Below are positions 40,632-50,844 of a stretch of 64,000 nt of DNA, piece by piece (position 1 is the stretch's first letter; each line of letters begins with the position of its first letter). Location of the stretch: positions 3,444 through 67,443 of the forward strand of contig JAJRSK010000045.1 of assembly GCA_024278835.1 (NCBI GenBank), written 5' to 3'. The position numbers were made by a program, and so were the translations under genes. Source of the stretch: Campylobacterales bacterium (GTDB taxonomy: Bacteria > Campylobacterota > Campylobacteria > Campylobacterales > QNZT01). The notes under the pieces are model-generated. The model had not been told where the DNA came from, did not search any database, and saw nothing but the letters and a program-made list of their open reading frames with translations.

Positions 40632-41129
40632 TTACTTTTTTTTGGGTATCGTTATCTCTAAGACACCATTTTTATAGTTACTCTTTAACTTGTCCATATC
40701 AGCATCATTTGGCATAGAGAGCATACGCATATAACTCCCTACAAAACGCTCCTTCTTGAGAAACTCTTTACCTTTTTCTTCTTTTGCTTTCGTACTTTTT
40801 GCCTCAATTTTTAACATCCCTTTTTCTGTAGTGACCTTAATCTGATTTTCATCACTACCAGGGATATTTGCCCTTAACTGGTAGGCATCACCCACATCCT
40901 TCAAATCAACTGCAGGCGTGGATGCAAAAGAGGAGTCAAACTTACTAAAAAGATCTTCACTTAGCATCCTCTTATGAAATCTTTCAAAGATAGCATCCAT
41001 CTCTTGTTGCATCTTTTTCATCTCTTCAAAAGGGTTATAAGGCTGTACATCTCTCTTTTCAGTCGCCTGCAATGAGGCGATAGAAAGTGAACATACTAAC
41101 AAAAAAGTTCCTAATATTTTTCTCATCAT
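40632..41129 (-). CDS. Hsp20/alpha-crystallin family protein with N-terminal signal peptide
   Basis: Signal MMRKILGTFLLVCSLSIASLQA. Alpha-crystallin domain from AVDLKDVGDAYQLRANIPG to NGVLEITIPKK. Confidence 0.8.
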   Translation of the reverse strand: MMRKILGTFLLVCSLSIASLQATEKRDVQPYNPFEEMKKMQQEMDAIFERFHKRMLSEDLFSKFDSSFASTPAVDLKDVGDAYQLRANIPGSDENQIKVTTEKGMLKIEAKSTKAKEEKGKEFLKKERFVGSYMRMLSMPNDADMDKLKSNYKNGVLEITIPKKK

Positions 41130-41136
41130 ACCCTCC

Positions 41137-41562
41137 TTATTTCACTGTAATTGCTTTTGGTTTGAGGCGCTCTTCTTTCTCCAAGTCAACGACCAAGCGC
41201 CCATCATGATAAGAGGCACTTATCTTCTCCGTATCGATACCATCAGGTACAGAGAAACTCCTCTCAAATCTTCCATAAGAGCTCTCTAAGAGATAATAAT
41301 CCTCTCTTTTGACCTCTTTTTTCATCTCTCTCACTCCAGTTACCGTCAGGATATTATCATCAATCTTCACGCTAATATTCTCCTTTTTCACACCGGGCAA
41401 GTCCACCTCGATATGAAAATCCCCACTCTTCTTCTTGGCCAAGTTCGCAAAAGGCAAGTGACTAGCTACATTGCTCAATACCTCTTTACCTTTTTCATAT
41501 CCCTTCTCCAAACTCTCCTCAATCTCATGTCCTAACTCTTTTGCTTTTTCAATAACTTCCAT
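41137..41562 (-). CDS. Hsp20/alpha-crystallin family small heat-shock protein
   Basis: FHIEVDLPGVKKENISVKIDDNILTVTG...GRFERSFSVPDGID...YHDGRLVVDL. Confidence 0.88.
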   Translation of the reverse strand: MEVIEKAKELGHEIEESLEKGYEKGKEVLSNVASHLPFANLAKKKSGDFHIEVDLPGVKKENISVKIDDNILTVTGVREMKKEVKREDYYLLESSYGRFERSFSVPDGIDTEKISASYHDGRLVVDLEKEERLKPKAITVK

Positions 41563-41572
41563 CTTTCACCTC

Positions 41573-42019
41573 CTATTTAATCTCTATTTTTTTAGGTTTA
41601 TTCTCTTTTTTCTCTAGTTTCGGTATTACTACTTCCAAAACCCCATCTTGGCTCTCTGCGTGAATATTCTCCACATCTACATCTTCAGGGAGCGAAAAAG
41701 AACGGGAGAATTTTCCATAACTACTCTCAATCCTATAATAATCCTCTTGCTTCATCTCATTTTGCACCTTTCTCTCTCCGGAGATAGTGACAACATTGTC
41801 CTTGACATCCACAGAGATATCCTCTTTCTTCATCCCCGGCAAATCAAGCTCCACATGATAGGCAAACTCGCCTTCCCTCGTGTTGACAGCTGGTTCAAAG
41901 TCAGTTAAACTTACCGGTTCTTTTCCCTGCACGAAGCTATCCAGTAAAGAGTTAAAATTACCAAATCCTCTTCTAAATTCTTGTAAATCCCTCGCTGGGT
42001 TATATCGTGTAACATACAT
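41573..42019 (-). CDS. Hsp20/alpha-crystallin family small heat-shock protein
   Basis: FAYHVELDLPGMKKEDISVDVKDNVVTISGER...GKFSRSFSLPEDVD...DGVLEVVIPK. Confidence 0.9.
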   Translation of the reverse strand: MYVTRYNPARDLQEFRRGFGNFNSLLDSFVQGKEPVSLTDFEPAVNTREGEFAYHVELDLPGMKKEDISVDVKDNVVTISGERKVQNEMKQEDYYRIESSYGKFSRSFSLPEDVDVENIHAESQDGVLEVVIPKLEKKENKPKKIEIK

Positions 42020-42127
42020 GTTAAACTCCTTATTATTTTATTTGTCTCCTTGACGCTAGGTAAAGCCCACCGCCAACTTATATCACTAAAACACAATGCC
42101 AAGGCACCGTCTTTTGATGATGTAAGT

Positions 42128-42649
42128 TTAGTCTATATCGCTAAACTTTTCTGCCCCTTTAGTAGCACTTTTTTCTAAAGTTTGATTATTTTTATGAAAA
42201 AAGCTGAGTGACACTATCATGATAGAGATAGCTATTATCAGATACACCGCATAAAGGATATCTTTATAATCCACCAACGCTATCTTAAACACCGTCATCA
42301 ATGCTTCAATGGAGAGTGCGATGATGATGGATATAAGAAACTTTTCCAAAAGTTTATGACTGCCTGTCTCATGTAGAAACTGTTCTCTATAAATCACCTC
42401 ATGTTCAAGGAGATTTTTTGCCAAGTCAAAGATAGCCAAGCCCAATGTTAAAGCAATAGTAGATTTAAAAATCAATTGAAAGATACTGATACCTTCATCT
42501 GCACTATGATTCACAAAATTATAAAATGCGTAAAAGATAAGTATAAGCGAAAATAGGCTCAAGCCGTATCCAATCAAGGCATAAATAGACTTTGTCATAA
42601 TAAGAAAAAACTTTTCTTCTCTTTTTTTAACTTCTTTTATAGTGCTCAT
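42128..42649 (-). CDS. Hypothetical 4-TM membrane protein
   Basis: The start is moved to MSTIKEV (GGAGG SD 5 nt upstream). Hydrophobic helices throughout. Confidence 0.5.
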   Translation of the reverse strand: MSTIKEVKKREEKFFLIMTKSIYALIGYGLSLFSLILIFYAFYNFVNHSADEGISIFQLIFKSTIALTLGLAIFDLAKNLLEHEVIYREQFLHETGSHKLLEKFLISIIIALSIEALMTVFKIALVDYKDILYAVYLIIAISIMIVSLSFFHKNNQTLEKSATKGAEKFSDID

Positions 42650-42698
42650 TTTACCTCCCAGATACAACATAGGAGGAAAATACCCCCTCTATAGACTT

Positions 42699-43583
42699 TT
42701 ATTTTTTCAGATTTGTAATCTTTTCTTTTATTTTTTCAAACCATCCTTTGCCACTCTTGCTACCTGATGATTTTTCTTTGATGATATCAATCTGATCATA
42801 TATAGACTGATACGCTCTTTGCGTACCATAGCCTAAAAGTTCTGCCATCTCTAGTTGATAGGATGCCTCTTCTAAAAGTGATGATAACTTCTTATTTTCC
42901 TTCTCATCTCTCTTTTCATTGCTAGTTAGCTTCTCCGCCTCTTTTAACAACAATGTTGCCCTCAAAATTGGTAACGGGATGATTTCTTCACTAACAACCA
43001 AAGAACTTAATGTCGCTTTTAAAAGTGTTTTTGCCTCTTCAATTTTCCCCTCATCCAACATCGGAGCGATAACTTTGATACTAGCTGGATATGTTGCCAA
43101 TGGTATGGAAGTCGTCGTGATAACAATCTCACTCGCTAGATTTTTTAACAAATGTCTTGCTTTTTGCACTTCACCATTTTTAAGTGCTTTATTGGCATCA
43201 AAAAGTATACTTTTTACTAACTCTTTACTCACAATGACATCAAACTCTTTTTGTGTTATCGCTACTGGTAGTAGTTCCAATGAAGGGTCTCTAGCCACAA
43301 TCATATCGAGCTTACCCGTCACCTTCGCCAATATATCTATCGCCGCTTTTGTTTTATTTTCATCCAAGGACTTTAGTGCCAAGTTAGTATTTTTCAAACT
43401 TTCTAATGCTTCTTGTAGGAGTGCTTTCTTTTTTGCTTGTACTGTATCATACGTGTTACTATCCACCTTAGCCTGCACAGACTTTAACTCTTTTGACCGC
43501 TCCAACTTGATAACATCTGCTTGCAAAGATCCAAGTGCTAAACTCATACCTAAAAGTAGTGATAATCCTAATTTTCTATTCAT
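42699..43583 (-). CDS. Secreted helical-repeat protein, YfdX-like
   Basis: The start is moved to MNRKLGLSLLLGMSLALGSLQA (signal peptide, SD GGAGAG). Repetitive A/L/K-rich helical units resemble YfdX-family periplasmic proteins. The family call is from memory only. Confidence 0.45.
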   Translation of the reverse strand: MNRKLGLSLLLGMSLALGSLQADVIKLERSKELKSVQAKVDSNTYDTVQAKKKALLQEALESLKNTNLALKSLDENKTKAAIDILAKVTGKLDMIVARDPSLELLPVAITQKEFDVIVSKELVKSILFDANKALKNGEVQKARHLLKNLASEIVITTTSIPLATYPASIKVIAPMLDEGKIEEAKTLLKATLSSLVVSEEIIPLPILRATLLLKEAEKLTSNEKRDEKENKKLSSLLEEASYQLEMAELLGYGTQRAYQSIYDQIDIIKEKSSGSKSGKGWFEKIKEKITNLKK

Positions 43584-43676
43584 GTTTCTCTCCCATAAAT
43601 TTATATTTTTTACAGGAGGAATTTTAATAGATATAGTGTGACTTGTCAGCCACCTTAGTAGCACTTTTGAAGAAAA

Positions 43677-44336
43677 TTATAAAGGTAGATTATCTAAAAG
43701 TTTTTGGGTGTCTTTTATCTCGATATTTTTACGTTTTACTTCGATGATACCATCTTTTTTGAGTTGTTGGATATGACGATTGAGTACTTTACGCACCGTA
43801 CCGATAAGCGCAGCAAGTTCTTCATGAGGGAGATTATGGATGAGATTTAACTTAGAAGGGTTGTCTGGATTGATATTTTTAGTGATGAGTTTTAACAATC
43901 TACTAGGCGTGTCGTAAAATGAAAGGTCAAGCGCTAGTTCTTCCATGTCTCTGAGTTGCTGTGAGATGTAGGGAAAAAGAATTTTATTGAAGTTTGCATC
44001 TTCTTGCATCCACTTCTTGACAACATCAATGGGAAAGACAATCACTCTCACATCATCAAGTGCATGCAAAAGATTTTCATGAACCTTGCCATCCAAGAGT
44101 GTTACAACATCATACATGTCACCAGAGGAGAGTATCTTCAATGTCTGCTCTTTAGCATCACTTAGATTTATCTGTGAGACTTTTATTCTGCCTTCAAGCA
44201 CAAAAAAGAACTTTTTTTGCAACTCTTCAGGACTAAAAAGCATCTCTCCTTTTGAAAAGTCTTTAGCTTTACCATACTTTTCTACATCTTGATGGAACTT
44301 ACTTTCTACTATCTCGATAGGAACCATACCCGCCAC
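43677..44336 (-). CDS. Crp/Fnr family transcriptional regulator
   Basis: N-terminal cNMP-binding beta-barrel (FFFVLEGRIKVSQ) and a C-terminal HTH (HEELAALIGTVRKVLNRHIQQLKKDGII). No N-terminal Cys cluster, so it is not a classical FNR. Confidence 0.8.
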   Translation of the reverse strand: MAGMVPIEIVESKFHQDVEKYGKAKDFSKGEMLFSPEELQKKFFFVLEGRIKVSQINLSDAKEQTLKILSSGDMYDVVTLLDGKVHENLLHALDDVRVIVFPIDVVKKWMQEDANFNKILFPYISQQLRDMEELALDLSFYDTPSRLLKLITKNINPDNPSKLNLIHNLPHEELAALIGTVRKVLNRHIQQLKKDGIIEVKRKNIEIKDTQKLLDNLPL

Positions 44337-44390
44337 ACCAACTCCTCATATATGATGGGACTATTCTAGCATAGATTTGATGTTATATCA

Positions 44391-45407
44391 TCAACGAATC
44401 ATCTCATGTAGTAATATCTCGAGGTTAAATATCTGCACACCACTACTACCATTCGCTACAAATAAAATCCCATCTTTTTTTATCAAAGAGAGTCCAGAAG
44501 TATTATCACCTAGGTTTTTACTGCTTATCATGATAGGATTTGTTACATCAGAAATATCGTATAGTTGTAATCCATCCAAGCCGTGTGCTACAAGTAGTTT
44601 AGTATCATTATCTACCAACACAACATCTTGAATTGCTTTGTCTTTTAAAAGAAATTTTCGCTCACTCTGCACTGGGTTACTCACCTCTTCCCCTATCAAA
44701 CCACAGGCACTTACACGATATTGCATCGTCTCATCACCTGAGAGGATAGAAATAGACTTTTCTATTTTATCGATGACTTCAAGTTCAACAGGGTGACTCA
44801 AATCAGAGATATCCAAGAGATGAAATTTACCCTCAGCATCTTCCACATAAAGCGTCATCTCATCATCTGAAAGTATCACATTGTGTGCATCTATCGTCTC
44901 GATGGTAGAGAGTAAATCAGAAGAGATTTTATCATCAAACCCGATAGAGATGATTTCCACGCCATGATTTTTCTCTGCCACAAAGATGATACCATCTGTA
45001 GAAACAGTCAATGCACTGGCGGTACCTTCCGTAGAAACGGTGCCTAGCGTAGCACTCTTTTCTTGTTTTATCACCTCTATCATGATAGTTTCACTATCGT
45101 TTACACCATTCTCAGCATATACATTGTAGGTATAACTCCCTACATCTTTGATAGACAATGTCACTTCTAAAGAACCACTATCAGGGAATTCCCCTACTTC
45201 TTGACCATTGATAAACACCTTAGAACCACTCTCCCCTAGTAATGTAACAGTTGTAAAGTCTTCATCTGTAACGATAGTATTTGTCTCTGTATTGAGAGAG
45301 GCTGCTTTGACTGCTATCTCCTCTTGCTTGGGTGGTGTACTTCTATCCCCACAACCTATCATGATAAGTGCGATTGTAAGTGATGAGGCTAAAATAACTT
45401 TGCGCAT
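44391..45407 (-). CDS. Lipoprotein with LVIVD-like beta-propeller repeats
   Basis: Lipobox LIMIGCG. Repeats of the type LYVEDAEGKFHLLDISDLSHP, LLVAHGLDGLQLYDISDVTNP and ILFVANGSSGVQIFNLE. Confidence 0.5.
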   Translation of the reverse strand: MRKVILASSLTIALIMIGCGDRSTPPKQEEIAVKAASLNTETNTIVTDEDFTTVTLLGESGSKVFINGQEVGEFPDSGSLEVTLSIKDVGSYTYNVYAENGVNDSETIMIEVIKQEKSATLGTVSTEGTASALTVSTDGIIFVAEKNHGVEIISIGFDDKISSDLLSTIETIDAHNVILSDDEMTLYVEDAEGKFHLLDISDLSHPVELEVIDKIEKSISILSGDETMQYRVSACGLIGEEVSNPVQSERKFLLKDKAIQDVVLVDNDTKLLVAHGLDGLQLYDISDVTNPIMISSKNLGDNTSGLSLIKKDGILFVANGSSGVQIFNLEILLHEMIR

Positions 45408-45466
45408 AATAACTCCTTGTATGGTAAAATCGGTTTTTATGAAAATAACTTTATTTGGGAGTGGCT

Positions 45467-46015
45467 ATGTTATGTGGTATAGATGAAGCAGGAAGAGGAT
45501 GTTTAGCGGGACCTCTCGTGGTGGCTGGTGTTATCATGATAGAAAAGATAGAAGGCTTAAACGACTCAAAACAACTCAGCGAAAAAAAACGTGAAACCCT
45601 TTATGAAGAAATCATCCAAAAAACTTCTTACGAAATCATCTTCACAGACAATGATGCTATCGATGAGATAGGACTCTCCAAAGCGATAAAAAATTCTATC
45701 ATTATGATAATGGAAAAACTCTCCCCCACCCACACTATTATGGACGGCAACACCACCTTTGGCGTGGCACATGTAGAGGCTATCATCAAGGCAGACGCCA
45801 GCGTACCTGAAGTCTCAGCTGCTAGTATCTTAGCCAAGGTGAGTCGAGACAGGTACATCGTGGAACAAGATGCACATTTTCCTGAATATGGCTTTGCTAA
45901 ACATAAGGGGTATGGGACAAAACATCATGTGGCGATGATAGCCAAGTATGGGCATTGTCCACTACATAGGAAGAGTTTTAAGGTAAAGAGCTTGGAGTGC
46001 CCTACGCTTTTTTAA
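45467..46015 (+). CDS. rnhB: Ribonuclease HII
   Basis: MLCGIDEAGRGCLAGPLVVAG. The start at 45467 has a GGGAG SD 5 nt upstream; the track start at 45455 is less likely. Confidence 0.92.
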   Translation: MLCGIDEAGRGCLAGPLVVAGVIMIEKIEGLNDSKQLSEKKRETLYEEIIQKTSYEIIFTDNDAIDEIGLSKAIKNSIIMIMEKLSPTHTIMDGNTTFGVAHVEAIIKADASVPEVSAASILAKVSRDRYIVEQDAHFPEYGFAKHKGYGTKHHVAMIAKYGHCPLHRKSFKVKSLECPTLF

Positions 46016-46060
46016 ACCTATAAAGCTATAATATCTCTAATATTTAAGGAGTTAGACCCC

Positions 46061-47083
46061 ATGCAAAGAAAAAAGATATACAACCCAAATTCGACCGAAA
46101 CAGTCAGTGATAGACAGATATTTGGTGGTTCTCCAACGGGGATATTTGAACTCAATAAAATCAAATACCAATGGGCGTATAATCTCTGGGATATGATGCT
46201 TAACAACACATGGTTTCCAAAAGAAGTTGATATGACCACGGATGTACGTGACTACAAACAACTCACAGACTCAGAGAAAAATGCGTATGACAAAGCACTT
46301 TCTCAGCTTATCTTTATGGATTCACTCCAGACAAACAACTTGATTGACAATGTCAATCCCTATATTACTTCTCCAGAAATCAACCTTATCTTGGTGCGTC
46401 AAGCTTTTGAAGAGGCGTTACACTCTCAAAGTTATGCAGTGATGGTAGATAGTATCTCGCAAAACAGCGATGAGATATATGACATGTGGCGTCAAGATGC
46501 CAAACTCAAACACAAAAATGACCATATTGCTTCTGTATATGACTCACTTGCTACGGGGAACCCTAGTGATACTGATATGCTCAAAGCAATGTTTGCCAAC
46601 CAAATCTTAGAGGGGATTTACTTTTATAGTGGATTTACTTTTTTCTATACCCTTGCACGTAGCGGCAAGATGCTAGGGTCCGCACAGATGATTCGTTTTA
46701 TCCAACGTGATGAAGTCACGCACCTTATCCTCTTTCAAAACATGATAAACACCACGCGAAAAGAGCGCCCTGAACTTTTTACACCAGAACTCATTGAAGA
46801 AGTTTATCAAATGTTTAGAGACGCAGTAGAGTTAGAAATCGCTTGGGGTAAACATATCACAGAGGGGCATATCCTAGGGCTTACTGATGATATCATCGAA
46901 GATTATATCCAGTACCTAGCAGATAGAAGACTCAAAGCCGTGGGACTAAAGAAGATATATAACAAAGAACACCCAATCAAATGGGTTGATAACTTCTCAA
47001 ACTTCAACGACCAAAAAACAAACTTTTTTGAAGGAAATGTCACCAACTATTCCAAAGGAAGTCTTGATTTAGATGACTTCTAG
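46061..47083 (+). CDS. nrdB: Ribonucleotide-diphosphate reductase beta subunit (class I)
   Basis: Di-iron ligand motifs ([17 protein letters not shown]) and a C-terminal acidic tail ending LDLDDF. Confidence 0.95.
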   Translation: MQRKKIYNPNSTETVSDRQIFGGSPTGIFELNKIKYQWAYNLWDMMLNNTWFPKEVDMTTDVRDYKQLTDSEKNAYDKALSQLIFMDSLQTNNLIDNVNPYITSPEINLILVRQAFEEALHSQSYAVMVDSISQNSDEIYDMWRQDAKLKHKNDHIASVYDSLATGNPSDTDMLKAMFANQILEGIYFYSGFTFFYTLARSGKMLGSAQMIRFIQRDEVTHLILFQNMINTTRKERPELFTPELIEEVYQMFRDAVELEIAWGKHITEGHILGLTDDIIEDYIQYLADRRLKAVGLKKIYNKEHPIKWVDNFSNFNDQKTNFFEGNVTNYSKGSLDLDDF

Positions 47084-47801
47084 AGAACTTGTAGCACTGC
47101 AATTTAATTATCATGATGCCACTTATCATGATAATCTCTCTACGCTTCTCACACTCATCAAACAGAGTGATGAAAATGCTATCGTCCTTGCACCTGAACT
47201 TTGTCTGACTAACTTCTCTTTTGACAAGATGGAGCAAGCCGCTACTTTTGGACAAGAAGCATTAAAAGAGATTTTACCCCTCAGTAAAAACCGTGTGATT
47301 GCCTTCTCTATGACTGAAAAACGAGAGGGGAAGTTTTACAATACCGCCAAAATTCTCTTTGGAGAAAAAGTCCTCCACTCACAAGATAAAGTAAACCTTT
47401 TTAAGTTTGGGCAAGAACATGACTACTTTGAAGCAGGAAGTGAAGAAAAAGTTAAAATAATTGAAATAGACGGGCTTAAATTTGCGATTTTAATCTGTTT
47501 TGAGATAAGATTCACGCAATTATGGGATTTGATTCGTGGTGCTGATGTTATCATGATACCCGCTCTTTGGGGAAAGCTTAGAAAGTCTCAGTTTGAGTCG
47601 ATAACAACAACCATGGCTATCATCAACCAAGCCTTTGTGATTGTTGCTGACTCTTCACAAGAAGATATGGCAAGTTCTTCAGGGATTATCACCCCGTTTG
47701 GTAAAACTTTACGTGATGATGAAAAGGAGTTTATCTCTCTTCAAGCTGACCTAAAAGAGATAAAAAAAATGAGACGATATATGGACATAGGACTATCATG
47801 A
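47073..47801 (+). CDS. Carbon-nitrogen hydrolase (nitrilase superfamily) protein
   Basis: Catalytic Cys context [11 protein letters not shown] and upstream APELCLT (Glu). Confidence 0.8.
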   Translation: MTSRELVALQFNYHDATYHDNLSTLLTLIKQSDENAIVLAPELCLTNFSFDKMEQAATFGQEALKEILPLSKNRVIAFSMTEKREGKFYNTAKILFGEKVLHSQDKVNLFKFGQEHDYFEAGSEEKVKIIEIDGLKFAILICFEIRFTQLWDLIRGADVIMIPALWGKLRKSQFESITTTMAIINQAFVIVADSSQEDMASSSGIITPFGKTLRDDEKEFISLQADLKEIKKMRRYMDIGLS

Positions 47802-48457
47802 TACGAAAACATCTGAAAAACAACAGCTTACACCTGCATAAGTCAGAACAATTAGCCCAAGAGATAAACAGAGTTTTTCCACTCTCACCTCTCGTTATCG
47901 AAGCTATCGGGAAGACTGAACGAGAACTTTTTGTACCACAAGGATTCAAACACCACGCATACAAACTAGATGCCCTACCTCTTTCAGCAAACCAGTGGAT
48001 AAGTTCTCCCTTAACCGTCGCAAAAATGACAGAAGCACTCTCTCCAGAAGGGGCTGATTCTGTTCTTGAGATAGGTTGCGGATCTGGTTATCAAGCGGCC
48101 GTTTTAAGCCAACTCTTTCGTCGTGTTTTTACGATAGAACGTATTGAGAAACTGCTTATCGAAGCCAAAGGAAGATTTTCACAACTCAAACTAAACAACA
48201 TCAACACACGTTTTGATGATGGTAACAAAGGTTGGAAATCCTACGCACCCTATGATAGAATCCTCTTTTCAGCCTCCGCGCCAAAGCCACCGATGCACCT
48301 TTTTGAGCAACTCAAAGAGGGTGGGATTTTAGTCACACCTATCACCCACGGCAGCAAACAAATCATCACAAGATTTATCAAAAAAGGTGGACAAATCACA
48401 CAAGAACAGTTAGATGAGTGTCTTTTTGTGCCTGTGCTTGAAGGTGTACAAAAGTAA
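47798..48457 (+). CDS. pcm: Protein-L-isoaspartate O-methyltransferase
   Basis: SAM motif VLEIGCGSGYQAAVL, plus ISSPLTVAKM. Confidence 0.9.
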   Translation: MIRKHLKNNSLHLHKSEQLAQEINRVFPLSPLVIEAIGKTERELFVPQGFKHHAYKLDALPLSANQWISSPLTVAKMTEALSPEGADSVLEIGCGSGYQAAVLSQLFRRVFTIERIEKLLIEAKGRFSQLKLNNINTRFDDGNKGWKSYAPYDRILFSASAPKPPMHLFEQLKEGGILVTPITHGSKQIITRFIKKGGQITQEQLDECLFVPVLEGVQK

Positions 48458-48458
48458 A

Positions 48459-48803
48459 CTAGTTAGCATCATGACAATGATGTTCTATACCCTCTTTGTA
48501 CCCTTCTAGTACCTCTTTAGCACGAATCCCCTTTTGATAAATCTTTAAAATTTCCCTGGTAAAGTTGATAGGATACTCCGTAAAATGCCCACAATCTTCT
48601 TTATAATATCGCTCTAATGTAACATACATCTCTTCTAAGATTTCAGGATCTTCTTTTTTTAGCCTATTCAAATCTTCTTGGGCTTGTAAAAGTGTCTGGT
48701 CATTAAACTCTCCACGATCATCTATCGTTTTTCTTAATTCCACATACTCTTTAAGACTTTTTCTATTTCTAATAAAATCTGCAAATATTTCAATCAATAT
48801 CAT
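48459..48803 (-). CDS. Hypothetical protein (114 aa)
   Basis: ORF with its start ATG inside a palindrome copy. No family recognised. Confidence 0.45.
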   Translation of the reverse strand: MILIEIFADFIRNRKSLKEYVELRKTIDDRGEFNDQTLLQAQEDLNRLKKEDPEILEEMYVTLERYYKEDCGHFTEYPINFTREILKIYQKGIRAKEVLEGYKEGIEHHCHDAN

Positions 48804-48857
48804 GATAACTCCTTATTTTTATAAAGAAGTATGAAGCCCCACAAAGAGGCTTCATAC

Positions 48858-50801
48858 TTAAAGTACACAAGTTTGAATCTTTTGTACGATACTAGGGTCT
48901 TCTAACGTAGAAATATCTTGGGTTATTGGCTCACCTTTGGCGATGGATCTTAGTATCCTACGCATAATCTTACCAGATCTAGTTTTTGGAAGATCCGGCA
49001 CAAACTTGATATCATCACACTTAGCGATAGCACCAATCTCTGCTAAAATGACTTTGTTAATCTCTTGCACCATCTCCATCTCTTCAACCATCGTATCTTC
49101 TGATTTTAACACGACATAGGCAAAGATACCCTCACCTTTGATTTCATGAGGCTTACCAACGACTGCTACTGCCGCCACACCTGCATGTTTCTTGATAGCT
49201 GCTTCTACTTCTGCCGTACCCATTCTATGCCCTGAAACGTTAATGACATCATCCGTACGCCCTGTGATAGTGATGTATCCATCTTCATCTATCATCGCAC
49301 CATCTCCGGTAAAATAAACTGGCTCACCATCTTTTTTACAATCTCCAAAATAAGACTTCACAAATCTATCAGGGTCACCCCAAATCGTTCGTATCATACT
49401 TGGCCAAGGCTTGGTAATACACATAAAGCCTTTTTCCCCTACTGGTGTTGCTGTGCCATCCTCTTCAATCACTTCAGCCATGATACCAGGTAGTGGGAAT
49501 GTTGCACAACCTGGCTTGATAGGTGTCGCAGCAGGAAGTGGAGAAATCATATGTCCACCCGTCTCTGTTTGCCAGTAAGTATCTACAATAGCACATTTAC
49601 TACCACCAATCGCCTCGTAGTACCATTTCCACGCGGCAGGATCGATAGGTTCACCCACAGTTCCTAGTGTTCTTAAGCTGCTAAGGTCATATTTTCCTGG
49701 TTCATCTTCACCCATCTTATGCAATAGTCTGATAGCTGTAGGCGCGGTATAAAACTGATTGATTTGATATTCTTCAACCATTCTCCAACAACGACCTGCA
49801 TCTGGAAAAGTTGGCACACCCTCAAACATCACCGTCGTCGCACCCATCGCGAGAGGTCCATACACGATATACGTATGCCCAGTAATCCAACCAACATCTG
49901 CCGTACACCAGTAAGTATCATTTTCTCTCACATCAAATACCCACTCCATCGTCATCTGGGCCCAAAGAATATACCCTGTAGAACTATGTTGTACCCCTTT
50001 TGGTTTACCTGTACTACCTGAAGTATAGAGTAAAAAGAGTGGATCTTCGCTATCCATCGGCTCCGCTTCACACTTACTTGATTCATTTTTCACAAGCTCG
50101 TTGTAGCTGTAGTCTCTTCCTTCTACCCAAGTGATGTCTTCACCATTTCGCTCCACGATACAGACATTTTTCACACATTCACATCCTGATTCTAGTGCTT
50201 TATCTACCACAGGTTTCAACATATAAGGTTTCCCTTTTCTATATGCACCATCTGCTGTTACGACAAGTTTTGCCTCAGCATCGATGATTCTATCTCTTAA
50301 AGCTTCTGCTGAAAATCCACCAAAGACGATAGAATGAATCGCTCCTATTTTGGCACAGGCTAGCATCGTTACTGCTGCCTCTGGAATCATAGGCATATAA
50401 AGGACAACCCTATCACCTTTTTTGATATCAAATTGATTTTTAAACATATTGGCTGTTTGATTTACTTTGTAACTGAGTTCTCGATAAGTGATAACTTGTT
50501 GGTCGCCATTATCCCCTTCAAAGATAATGGCTGCTTTGTTTTTTCTCGTAGCCAAGTGTCTATCCACACACTGGTGTGCAACATTCATCTTACCATCAAT
50601 AAACCACTTGTAAAATGGCGCTGCACTCTCATCTAAAACTTGCGTAAATGGTGAAAACCAATCAATCTTTTCATTGGCATAATCACCCCAAAACCCTTCA
50701 TAATCCTCATTTGACTTATTCATCAAAGCGTAGTATTCATCCATACTTTTTATACGTGCATCTTTTGAATGTGCTGCATTTGGTTGAAATATCTGTTTCA
50801 T
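48858..50801 (-). CDS. acs: Acetyl-CoA synthetase (AMP-forming)
   Basis: 647 aa with [20 protein letters not shown] and the C-terminal [14 protein letters not shown]. Confidence 0.97.
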   Translation of the reverse strand: MKQIFQPNAAHSKDARIKSMDEYYALMNKSNEDYEGFWGDYANEKIDWFSPFTQVLDESAAPFYKWFIDGKMNVAHQCVDRHLATRKNKAAIIFEGDNGDQQVITYRELSYKVNQTANMFKNQFDIKKGDRVVLYMPMIPEAAVTMLACAKIGAIHSIVFGGFSAEALRDRIIDAEAKLVVTADGAYRKGKPYMLKPVVDKALESGCECVKNVCIVERNGEDITWVEGRDYSYNELVKNESSKCEAEPMDSEDPLFLLYTSGSTGKPKGVQHSSTGYILWAQMTMEWVFDVRENDTYWCTADVGWITGHTYIVYGPLAMGATTVMFEGVPTFPDAGRCWRMVEEYQINQFYTAPTAIRLLHKMGEDEPGKYDLSSLRTLGTVGEPIDPAAWKWYYEAIGGSKCAIVDTYWQTETGGHMISPLPAATPIKPGCATFPLPGIMAEVIEEDGTATPVGEKGFMCITKPWPSMIRTIWGDPDRFVKSYFGDCKKDGEPVYFTGDGAMIDEDGYITITGRTDDVINVSGHRMGTAEVEAAIKKHAGVAAVAVVGKPHEIKGEGIFAYVVLKSEDTMVEEMEMVQEINKVILAEIGAIAKCDDIKFVPDLPKTRSGKIMRRILRSIAKGEPITQDISTLEDPSIVQKIQTCVL

Positions 50802-50844
50802 TATCGTCTCCTTATTTTATTGTATTGATATTGACAAAATTAAA

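Noticed and set aside
42020-42127. Search for CIRCE (TTAGCACTC-N9-GAGTGCTAA), HAIR, a ROSE-type thermometer or a sigma-54 (-24/-12) promoter upstream of the first Hsp20 gene.
   Set aside because: Only a weak TGGCAT...TTTTAG resemblance and a possible extended -10 (TGATATAAG) were seen. None matches a consensus well enough to report.
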